Of a DNA stretch of 64,000 bases, positions 24,373-35,154 are shown piece after piece; within the stretch, counting starts at the first letter, position 1; each line of letters starts with the position of its first letter. Origin of the DNA: Mobula hypostoma (taxonomy: Eukaryota). The translations under genes were made by a program, and so were the position numbers. Under the pieces are notes generated by a model. That model was not told the origin of the DNA and made no database searches. It saw only the letters and a list, made by a program, of their open reading frames with translations. The stretch covers positions 146,632,001 to 146,696,000 of the forward strand of contig NC_086097.1 of the NCBI RefSeq assembly GCF_963921235.1, in the 5' to 3' direction.

Positions 24373-24850
24373 CCTGAATTCCTTTAGGGGATTCCAGCAC
24401 CTGCAATCTCTAGTACCAGCATTTATTGCCAATCGCATTTGCCCTTTGAGGAGGTGAGAGTGATTGACTTTTTAAAAGATTTTTTTTCAATACTTTAAAT
24501 CTAACTATTTAATATACATATATATTTACTGCAATTGATTTGCTTAATTATTTTGTTTCCTCTATATTGTGGTGCTCCAGGGGGTGGGGCATTGTTGATA
24601 GTCGATCCCAGTATTCCTAGATGCCAGTGCTATTTACTGTTCTTGTTTTAAAATGCTTTTGAGGGATTATAATGGGATGTTCAAGTTCTTTCATTGTTAC
24701 ATTTTAGCTTGGGTTATACAGCTATTCGCATGTGTGTTTGTGGATCACCTGACTGTAACCGGGGTGTGTAATAATCACCTCCCCCGTCTGTATGTGACTG
24801 AGTGGATTCTCTCCCTGGGTCATTGCACACTGTCTGTTTTTGTGCTTGTC

Positions 24851-25484
24851 GCCCGGAACGTCGTCTCCACACCCCGCTGCCCACGGGAGGACTGCAGTGA
24901 GGAGGAGTCTGTGACCCACCTCTTTGCCCACTGTGAGTTCGCAGAGAGGGTGTAGAGGAGGATGGACGGGCAAGTGTCACATTTCATCCCCAGCAGCTGC
25001 GTAACAGAGGACTCTCTGATCTACGGGCTGTTCCCGGGGACGCACACGGAGACCAACATCCGGTGCTGCTGGCAGATCATCAACTCGGTGAAAGACGCGC
25101 TTTGATCAGCCCAAAACTTGATGATCTACAAGCACGTGGAGATGTCTGTGGGAGAATGCTGCCGACTGGCACGTTCTCGGCTGCAGGAGTACGTGCTGAG
25201 GGACGCACTGAAACTTGGTGCAGCCACCACAAGGACCCGGTGGGGAAGGACCACTGTTTAGGGTTCTTCTCCCGCGGGAGTGGGAGGGGTCGGGTGGCGG
25301 GGAGTATACCCCTGAACAATGATGTGGTAAGGTGAACAACTGGAGTGACACACGGGTGGCCATAAGTATGGATATGTACAGTCTATAATGGAAATGTATG
25401 TAAAGGATGGAAAGTTATTGAATGGTTTATTGTATATAATTTTATTTTTGAATAAAGTATATTTTGAAATAAAAAAAATAAAAA
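24851..25484 (+). mobile_element. Tx1/L1-clade LINE 3' end (CCHC domain, 3' UTR, poly-A)
   Basis: PRCPREDCSEEESVTHLFAHCEFAERV*...SLIYGLFPGTHT...LQEYVLRDALKLG...; AATAAA at 25451 and A-tail ~25470-25484. Confidence 0.85.
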
Positions 25485-25544
25485 CAGCTTTTGAGATAAA
25501 CGAGCTTTTCTCGTCAGTCATCATGGACCGAATGCTCCTCACAT

Positions 25545-25562
25545 TGGTGTCAGGATTGGAAT
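25545..25562 (+). promoter_or_regulatory. Primer-binding site complementary to the tRNA-Leu 3' end
   Basis: TGGTGTCAGGAtTGGaAT, 1 nt after the LTR-terminal CA; the tRNA-Leu(CAG) 3' complement is TGGTGTCAGGAGTGGGAT. Confidence 0.75.
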
Positions 25563-28500
25563 TAGAAACTGACGACGAGATTGAAAAGCTACGACGTTGG
25601 ATGGAGAGCCTTAAGACCCACAGAACATCAAGGGGTGGAGCAGTATGACCTGCCAGCACCCTGGGGCTGGGGTCCCGAAGATGGGACGCTGACCCAGACG
25701 ATGGACCTGGGAACCAAGCATTGTGCCCTCCCAGGGAACCCCGACGGGGTGAGTGTACCCAGGCTCCCCACCACAGGGGACACGGTGGAGCGAATCACCC
25801 GCCTCCATCGTGGCCCGCTCTGGGGAGCCGGGCAACATGACAGGCGCCACCGCAATTCGCATCACAAGATCCTACCTGAAACTCCCAGGTACAATGGTGC
25901 CAGCCATCTGGAGCCTTACCTGGTGCAAGATAAACTTGCCGCATGACACAACGGGTGGAGTCCCATCGAGATGGCAGTGCACCTTGCCCTGGAGCTGAAG
26001 GAGGATGCCTTGTGAGCCCTCCTCCACCTAACGCTGGCTGAGCAGGGCACTCGCAGCGGTACTAGGGTGGTGTGGACGGAGGCCACTGGAGGAAGCGATG
26101 AGGGGAGAACTCAGCAGCAGGTGGCGCTGTGCAGGAGAAAGCCAAGGGGGATGTTCACAGCAGATCTCCACCACTGTGCTCGGCATGGCTTCCCCACCTC
26201 CTGTGGCCCAGGAAGAGCTTTCCCTTCATGCCCTTGTAAAGGTGCTGATGCCAGAGCATCTTTGGCAACAAGTATGCCTGACATCATGATCAACTTCGCT
26301 GGCCGAGGCAGAGAGGGCAGAAGCAATTCTAGCCCCCTCAATGCCTTCCAGTGTCGCCTCGCACACTGCGTGCCTGGGCTTGTGTCAGCGAGGCAGAAGT
26401 GGAAACTGACAAGGAGGAGCCTGTGAGACAGGTACGACCTGTGCCGTGGTGGCCCCGCTGCATGCTGGGGAGCGATCTCTGATACCAGTGTGGAGAGGCA
26501 GGCCATGTAGCCTGGGACTGTCCTGCACCAGTGCCACGCCATTGCCCAGTGCATCCATTGGGAAATGCTGAGCGGGCAGCACCGCTTGAGAATCCCTCCA
26601 CTGTTGCTTTTCCAGATGAGACGTTTGGGTGAAGAGCAAGGCTTGTACGTGGACTGCGTGGTGGAGGGCATCAGATGCCGTGCGTTGGTAGACATGGAGT
26701 CAACCATCACTATCATCCGTCCTAGTGTTCTCCCCCATGTGGACCAGCCATACCCGCTTGGGTGGACAACAACAGCGGTCCAGCTGGCTACGGTCACCGG
26801 CCACTGTACGGCGATGAGACGGAAGAGGAGGCTGCGCATTGCAGTGGGGAGAAACACAGTGGAGCACAAGGTGTAGCTCGCCGACATCCGGGAGCCCTGC
26901 ATCATTGGCCTGGAACTGCTGTTCTGGGCAGGCAACACTCTACCTTGCTCTGAACCCGTGGCTCTCCAGCAGGGTAACTCCAGAAAGCGGAACGGGCGGG
27001 AGCAGCAATAACCACCACTGGTCTTGTGGCAGCCTGCCACAACACAACAGAACCGGGGCAAGCAGCAGGGGTGGCAATTCACCTCTGTGATGAGATCTGG
27101 AGCCAAGAGGTAGATCCTTGTGAATCTCAAATCATATATTGTTATTATGTATTGATTCTGCTAATAATAAGGAAATAAAGGTTCACTGGGTCTAGGAATA
27201 CCATTATGTATAATTCATTTTTTATTACTTTATTGTATTTTTTCCTTATTTTACACCATATTTACTTTTCCTTTGTGCAGCCCATTCTACTTAATAAACT
27301 TTCTAACGAGGTACTTCGAAGGCAGAATAACCAGGAATGAGGCATTAGAGTGGTTTTAAAACCTTTGAAGAGAACAAAAGAATGTCCATAACAACTGATG
27401 TCCAAGTAAATATTTATGAGATGGAGCCACACTTATAATGTTGAAAATGCAGCAGCTAATTTGTGTACTTCAAAATCCAATAAAGAGCAATGTGACGACA
27501 AATAAATTATCTGCTTTTCTGATGTTAATGAAGGATAAATAGAATCCAGGATACTGAGAGGAAATCTTTGTTAAAACTATACAATAACCCAACCTCTCAG
27601 TCCTCTGATAAGGTGTCAGCCAAGACTGTATGCTTAACTGAAAAGAGAAAATATGAGGAAGGCTTAGTAGACCAGGCAGCATTTACAGTGAGAAGGACAG
27701 AGTTAATATTTCTTACTTTAATTCATGGGAGGGGGTCATTCCATTTTACAGTGGAACAATCTCACCAGCTCTATCCTTTTCTTTACCTCATTGTAGGTTG
27801 ACTCCTTTAGTTTCTCACATGCTTTTCAGTGGTTCTTTGTTTTGTCACATTCCTGTATTAAGCAGTGATTTAGGATGTTACTGTCAGTGAGAAACTACAG
27901 CATTCAGCAGAAACAGGGTGAACATGCAAACTCCACACGGACCGCACTCAAAACCAGGATGGAACTGGTGTCCCCAGATTTGGGAGGCAGCAGCCCAACC
28001 GCTGCATCATCATTCCATTGACAAGCTTTCATCAGAACTGCTCACTCTGAGCTCACTGCTTGCAAAGGACAATGCCATCACCTGAATCCGAGCAAGTTGC
28101 CAAGGTGAAGCTGCCTCTCATTTCGATTTAGGAGTTTAGACTAATGTTAATTGAACTGCCTCAGCTGAGTTTTAAGCAGATGTAAGCCAATGTCAGAAAA
28201 TGCCCCTGAATTGGTATGAGGCCATTTAACGAGCGGGACACAAAATGAAATGTTACAGTGTATTGTAATGAACCAAGGTTTATTGTTGAGTAACACTTGG
28301 ATGTATCTGATCAGATAACATATTTACCTGGTTCGTGTGTGCTAAACTATAGCAAAAATTAGTGTGTGCTGAAATTCTGTTACTCATTTTGTATTATTGA
28401 TATCTGATTAACTGATTTAAAGTATGTTATTACCTGTGGGGGGTACTGATCTTATCAATCATTCTGGACAATTTTATCTTTGGACATTGACTTTGAAGCG

Positions 28501-29944
28501 AAGAAGACATATCCGTTCCTCTCCTTCCTCGATCTAGCCATTTCTCGATATATAAAATTACAGATTGCAAGGGCATTGGCCCCAGGGCAAAGGGGTCCCC
28601 CTTAATGGTCAGGTCAGTCTCGGGTGTCATTAAAGCCAGCTCTCTCATTTTAACCCGAGTCTGAGGTGGGGAGTTGTGATGGCTAGATCTCTAATCAAAG
28701 TCAACTAGGAAACAATTCTCCATAGCTCATGGATGCTAAAAAACATGTTGCTCTGCTCCAACCACAGATTCTTTAACGTTAATAATTTTTGCCTCCATCC
28801 CCATATGCCTGTGGTCCATTCAGAGTGCTCATTATTCAAGCTATGAATCTGAAAATGAAACACTGAAGAACAAATTCACACTGCAGTGGAAAGTATTAAT
28901 ATCTGGGGAAAAAGGGGATTAGATAGCTGGGAAATAGTTCATGCTTGACCTTGAAAAAGATTTGACAATAGCTCCCACCTGTTCCTGAAATTAAACTACT
29001 AGGTAATGAATTTGAGGCAAAATTAACAATATAGGGTCAAATTACAGTATTGACAATTCCGCTGCTGTTTGTGAGATGCTCCATTTCCTCCCACATTCTA
29101 AAGATGCATCGATTAACTAGTCACATGGGTGTAATTGGGCGCTGCGGGCTCATTGAGTCGGAAGGGCCTGATACTGTGATGTATCTCTATGTAAAAATTA
29201 AATTAATAAATTATACAACCATTACTTGTCTGCCTTTGGGGGTTGGAACTGTATAAATGCCACAGGAAATGGCTTGAAGATTTGGGAGCTATTGTGGGAA
29301 TGCTCTGTTAGACTATGATTGAGAAGTAAACATATTGTCTCACTCGTAAGTGAAGTGTTTTCCTCATATTTACAACCTCTTATTTTGGTCTTTCTTCATC
29401 TCCACATAGAGGAATGTACACCAGCTGAGTCGAATTATCTTCTCTGATACTTGGGGACATATCTTTAGAACATAAGACAACAGCGCTTCATTGATCCTTA
29501 GTTCACTGGTAGTTCCTATGCCTACTTAAAAGTAAAGTTATTGGAATATAGAAGAATCTGGTGGCTTTACTGCCTTAGATTTAGGAGGTAGTATCTGGTC
29601 TTACATTAAAAGTGGACAGAAATAGGTACAGCAAGTGTAGAGACGTGGATGAAATGCTGACTGACACCATCTATGATGTTCTTTTCAGAATATCATGGGG
29701 GTGGATATTACTTGACGGATTGCTGCGATATTGTATCCATAATTGTGGTTTAGGTTGCTCTGGTTTTATGTAAATAAGTATGTTAATTATTCCAGTCTGT
29801 AACAGTTCTATCGTTTGTTATTCCATTAAAGTGGAAGCATAATTTCATGAGATGGCTTTTTCCCCAAATAGAGAATTGAAGCTAGTCTTAGCATTAAGTC
29901 TTTTAAAAACGTGGTGAAAAGGAGGTGCTTAGTTCATAAAGGTT

Positions 29945-30060
29945 CTCATCTTTTTTTCTCCAGTCCTGATGGAAGGTCTTGGCCTGAAATGTCGACTGTA
30001 CTTTTTTCCATAAATGCTGCCTGACCTGCTGTGTTTCTCCAGTACTTTGTGTGTATTGCT
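29945..30060 (+). mobile_element. Short Penelope terminal-repeat copy with partly decayed hammerhead (29961-29998)
   Basis: cagtc CTGATGG aaggtcttggcct GAAA tgtc gactg followed by ...atgctgcctgacctgctg. Confidence 0.75.
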
Positions 30061-30651
30061 TTATTCAGAGCAGTCTTTTTTTTGAGAATTAATTTAGTGC
30101 TTTTAAGAATTTTAGTTCCTGAGTACATTCAAGGCAGAAATTGATAGATTTTTAGCTCCATGGGATAAACTACAAGAACTTACATAGGCTCAGACTATGA
30201 CTATCTTTTTGAGGTATATGTAGAACAGTCTTCCTTAGGCCCCATTTCACAAATCTTTTACATCAACAACTGTATTTGTGATGTTTCCTGTACTCATCAA
30301 AACTAGCTTTAATTTTGACCTGAAATATTAGTTCTGTTTCTCTTTTCACAAATCCTGTCTGGACTGCTAAAAATGTCCAGCTTTCTCTGCTTTTGTTTCA
30401 GATCTCCAGCACCTACACTCAGGGCCGGATTAAGCTAGTGCGGAGCCTGTAGCGTATGTTATAAAGGGGCCCTAAATTTAAAAAAAAGCACATAAGTATT
30501 AAAACATAAATTATTTACTTGCATAGTAAAGTAATTCAATTTTTTCATTTGCTATACAGCCAGATAATACGACAAATGTCTGACACTTCAGTAACAATAT
30601 TACTTACATGTAGGTATCAATTTCAAATGTCAAAAGTAACAAAACTACAAT

Positions 30652-32283
30652 TTAAAAGTTACATTTTCTAGATTTAGCATGAGCAAATTTGTTGTTGATA
30701 CTGGAAATGTCTATTTCACACAGAACTTCATGTTCAATGCTCATTAGAGTGAGATTGTTCAATCTGTTTTGACCTATGGTGCTCCTTAGTTCATTTTTAA
30801 TCCTTTTCGGTTTTGAAAATGAGCGTTCTCCACGGCAGTTGGTAACCATGAGTGACAAATAGATGCGCAAGGCATTTTCTACATTTGGAAGACATGTCTC
30901 CAAAGAATTGTCAGTTATCAAACGCTACAACTGTAACGCTACAAGGTCTTGTTTGGCGCCAATATGAGAAGCAAGATCAGTTTTCAACAGTTCAGTAAAC
31001 TGCACAAATTCTTCATTAAGACTTTCTTCCAGATCTTCCGGATATGATTCATTAAGATTTGATGACCTCTTTACGATCTCTTCAGGTGTAAACGACTGTA
31101 ACTGATGAAGGAATCCAAAAACACCACTCACCTTTAAATAAGCTTTCTGCCTTATTGACAGGACAGAAAGCAAGCTGTCAATAATGGCAAGAAATGTTCG
31201 GCTTTTAAGCTTCTGCGATAGGTGTTTGAGATTCAGCAAGTGGATCAAGAGTGCTGGAACCACTGAAATCATCATACACGTGATTTTGCTTGTGTTTTCT
31301 TCAAGTTTGCTGTTGATAATCTTCAAACTTAGTCAGATCCTCAGCTTTTTGCTCAATGTCTGAAAACGTAGACCCCATAGCTTGAATATATCCATGCAAT
31401 GATTCATAGAGTGCACAAGCTGTGTTCAAGTCTTGGCCAGAAGATTGCAAAGAAGCACTGGTCATTTGAAAAGGCTGTAATACCTGATCCCACAATATGA
31501 CCATTATTCCTGTTTCCAACCTTATCATGGTTGAAAGTAGTCCATGAACCTGTTGTCGACACTCTGGGTTCCGATCATTTTTATTTGAAATATCATCCAA
31601 GACTTGTTTTATTGCAGAAAAGCTGTGTAAAAGTGCGTTTGTTGCATCTGCACGAGCTGACCACCTGGTATCTGATATTCTTTTCACAATGGGCAAATGA
31701 CCACCACCGTCAGATAATGCAGCAGAAAGGAGATCCCACCGATAAGTAGAAGCAGAAAAAAATGTGTACAGGCTTTCTACAAATTCAAAGAAAATTAATG
31801 CTTCTTGACAACATTCAACAGCACATTTTCCAACCAAATCTAGTGAATGTGCAAAACATGGAATGTAATCCGCAAACTCATTCAGCTCTTTAATTCCTGC
31901 TTGTAAACCACTATACTTGCCACTCATGTTGCTGGCATTGTCATAACTTTGATCACGGCAATCTTTTATATCAATGTCATTTTCCTTTAAAAAGTCAAGT
32001 AAACTTTGAGCGAGCTGTTCAGCTCTATGACCTTCCATATCCAAAAACTTCACAAATCTTTCAACTGGTCCAGACGGCAAAACATAGCACATAGTCAAAG
32101 GCAGCTGCTCCACATTAGATATATCTGGAATAGAATCCAATGAAACAGAATAATACTTGAATTTCTTCACTTCACCAATAATGTGATCCAATATGCTGGA
32201 TACAATCAGATTGATGAATTCCTCACATGTTGTTTTAGATAGGTATGATTTATGTCCCCTTCCTTGGTTTGCATGAGCATTTA
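30652..32283 (-). pseudogene. hAT transposase (DUF4371-type catalytic region plus C-terminal dimerisation domain), frameshifted, N-terminus missing
   Basis: YYSVSLDSIPDISNVEQL, DQSYDNASNMSGKYSGLQA, YIPCFAHSLDL, SDTRWSAR and ALRIYLSLMVTNCRGERSFSKPKRIKNELRSTIGQNRLNNL in three ORFs (31301-32283, 30925-31326, 30652-30921). Confidence 0.9.
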
Positions 32284-32419
32284 TACCACGACTCAGCAAG
32301 AAGCCAACACACGCCTGCACACACATACTGTACCATGCAGCATGCAGCTCCCCCAACATGAAAACAACAGCGTTGCCAGATTGTTGTTGTTGTGGTGTGG
32401 ATGAAATCACAGGGTGTTG

Positions 32420-32963
32420 TGTTAACGGTAGGTACAAGGCAGTTTCTTTATTCAACAAAACAAGGTTACAGCAGGCAGAGACCCCTGGCAGAACAGGTCC
32501 AACCGCCTTGTGATTGAGGCTCAATATTTATTTGCTAAACACAAAGGACAGTTAATAGTTACAAGTATAGACAATTCTTTGAAGTTTTCACATCTTTTGA
32601 TTAAATTCATTCTACCGGTGCCAGTATGCCTAAACTGGCATTCGTGGCCTTTAGGGATGCAAGTTAAAGTCATTTATTATTACATAGAAGTCATACATTA
32701 TTTGTTATGTTATGTGCTAATGTAGAGGACAATTCATATTCAAAAAGCATAGATACGGTGTCTTCACTACTACCTGTAAATTTAGCATTCTTGTCTCAGA
32801 GGCACCAGAGATGCATTGTTACAAATGAAACTGGGTTCACAGCTTTTAGGAAATGCATTGTTATGAACTCAATCCACAGTACTTTGTCAAAGAACAGAAG
32901 ACTGCTGGCTGAAGCCATTTATTTAAGTGTAAATGAATCGTCTGCCCAAAACTCACTCTAACG
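32420..32963 (-). mobile_element. Probable solo LTR nested in the hAT element
   Basis: TGTTAAC...TCTAAC(G) termini; flanks gttg / tttg; minus-strand AATAAA near 32446-32452. Confidence 0.5.
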
Positions 32964-33114
32964 TTTGTGAGAATACGGTGAGATGCTGATTTCACCAGAC
33001 TGCAGCCTGCAAGCATTTAGTACGGGCGGGGCCCACGAAAATGTGGGGCCCATAGCATATGGTACTTTTGCTACTAGGTTAATCTGGCCCTGCTGACACT
33101 TCTTGATTTTCATG

Positions 33115-33595
33115 GAACAATTGAGTTTAATCAATTTACTGGTACATAGAAAGTATGGGCAGCAGTGATGAAGTTGTCCTATCTAGAGAGGTTAAATAGT
33201 TTGAGCCTGGATTCTTTGGAGATTAGAAAGCATAATGTGACCTCAAAACCCTACGGGGACATAACAGGATAGACATCAAGTTGCTTATAGTAGTTTGAGA
33301 GTCTCAAACCACAGGACCTGACTGCAAGGGGGCAGTCATTTTAAACGGAGGTGCATTGAAATTTACTTTTACAGAGGGTGGTAAATCCCCAGATTCTCTA
33401 GCCCAGTAGATTGCAGAGAGCAAATCATTTAGATATACTTAAGATGGAGGTCAATAAATATTTGAAACATTTTGAAATAAAGATGGTAGGTGGAACTGAT
33501 ACAGAAGAGATGTTGTGGCCAGCATCATACTGAATAGTGAGGCAGGCTTGAGGGGGCAGTCAACCTAGTTCAGCTCCTTTTTTTGTGCCCTTGTG
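33115..33595 (+). mobile_element. Degraded CR1 3' end
   Basis: aggttaaatagtttgagcctggattctttggag...ttttacagagggtggtaaatc...gcaggcttgaggggg. Confidence 0.6.
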
Positions 33596-35154
33596 TTGTT
33601 TATTTAGCTGCTCATAAAATTTAAAGATGTAAAATCATTGTCTTTCCGTCATTACACACCTTCAATGCTAAGCTGATGAACCTACAAACTTAGACATGAT
33701 GTTTCACATAACTTTGTCTCACCTTCCTGTTCACTCTCCCTGATTTTAATCTAGGCAAACATTACCTTGTTTCTGGAAGTAATGTTTTCTCTATTCTTTC
33801 TATGTAATTACATTTTTTCATAATGCTGCTTTGTTAGACATAAGGCTGGAACAAATCTCCCTCCATCTGTTATTCCTTGGAGTCGTAATTCTCCAGTGGA
33901 TTTCAAGCCTCTGCCCTTAATTCTCAATTAAAATAATGTCAGAATACCATTGCTTTCTACTGAATGTCTGGCACAAGGAACATTTAGAAAAATCTGAAAT
34001 AGTTAATCTATAATTATTTCCAACAATGACTCATATCTTGTTGACATTGGTACACATTAAAAGCCCTTTCCTCCATTCAAGGCTCCTGCTTGCCAGCTGC
34101 TTCCCTTTGTGATTCTTTCTATAAAATGCTCAAAAAGAAATCTCATCAATTAAATGTATTTATTCATTGGAGTCAGAGAGAATTTGAGGAGATGGGGGTG
34201 GGAGTTGGGGTAACAATAGATTAAACTTTTACAGAAATAATTTACTTTTCACCTGTTATTGGTCTAAGAAGAAGAAATGAGGAGTTGTGCAACTGCAAGA
34301 AAATAAAACTGACTAATGTTTGTTACACAATGTCAAGCTTTTACGAGTGACCTTGAAGCATCTTGCTCTGTACTTACAATTTCTGAACCTTATTTCCTGC
34401 TCCTTTCAACATCTTAAGCATTCAACATTCAGCTATTCTTAGACAATGCAAAATTTCACAGAAAACTTCATAGTTGAAGGTTTTTCATGATTAGGATAAA
34501 TTTTAAAGCTTATCACCATCATTGTGCATTCCTAAAGAGTCACTCAAGGCATGGCTGGTTGGACTGGTCAGGGGTGGGGTGAGGGGCAGTATTTAGACAA
34601 ATCTGATTGGGCTTTTCAAGGTGAGAGAGATGTGAGAGAATCTAGATGCAGCGCTCACTCATTTAACACGCAGTGGCACAATGCTAATGCTATTCCATTG
34701 TCCTGGGTTTGGTCCTGAGCCCAGCTGTTGTCTGTGTAGAGCTTGTATGTTCTCAATGTGAGCACATGCATGTCACACATTCCGACAGATGTGACAATTC
34801 CCCACCCCCTCCCCATATCCCAAAAATGTGCTGCAAGTTCAATTAGCCCCAGTAGATTATCCTTAATATAGGGGGTCAGAGGAGCTTCATGGAACTGACG
34901 TGGGAGCTCCAAGAACAAGCAGGGTTCAATGGGCTGAACAACCTCCTACTGTTCCTTATGGAAAGCTGCTCTTTTATTGTTCTCCTTTGGGTTGGAGGTC
35001 TCTTCCTCACAGAATGCCGAGTTTTTGAATATTTTTGAAGCAGTGGTAGTTAGATTCTTGATGAACAAGGAGGTGAAAGATTCCAGAGGACAACAGCAAT
35101 GTGTAGTTGAGTTTACCATCAGCTCAGCCACCAGCAAGTTGAATGGCAAGCACA

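Larger units (their letters stand above)
24568..27090 (+). mobile_element. Ty3/Gypsy provirus remnant: 5' LTR (24568-25543, split by a Tx1 LINE), PBS, decayed gag and protease
   Basis: LTR TGTGG...CTCACA; PBS follows; zinc knuckle *YQCGEAGHVAWDC (~26480-26521); protease LYVDCVVEGIRCRALVDMESTITII (ORF 26565-26876). RT, IN and 3' LTR absent. Confidence 0.75.
30420..33092 (-). mobile_element. hAT DNA transposon (internally deleted) with ZMYM1-like transposase
   Basis: TIRs CAGGGCCGGATTAA / TTAATCTGGCCCTG; imperfect 8-bp TSD cctacact / ctgacact. Confidence 0.85.

Noticed and set aside
25545..25569. tRNA-Leu gene
   Set aside because: Only the 3'-end complement including CCA is present, which makes it a PBS.
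26111..27130. 339-aa minus-strand ORF
   Set aside because: Antisense to GC-rich Gypsy gag-protease; no recognisable domain.
28479..28520. Peptide LDIDFEAKKTYPFL resembling a cadherin LDFE motif
   Set aside because: Short frame bounded by stops, no splice signals or other cadherin motifs.
32284..32524. N-terminal ~80 aa of the 407-aa ORF as part of the transposase
   Set aside because: Read-through from non-coding/LTR sequence; transposase similarity starts near HANQGRGHKSYLS.
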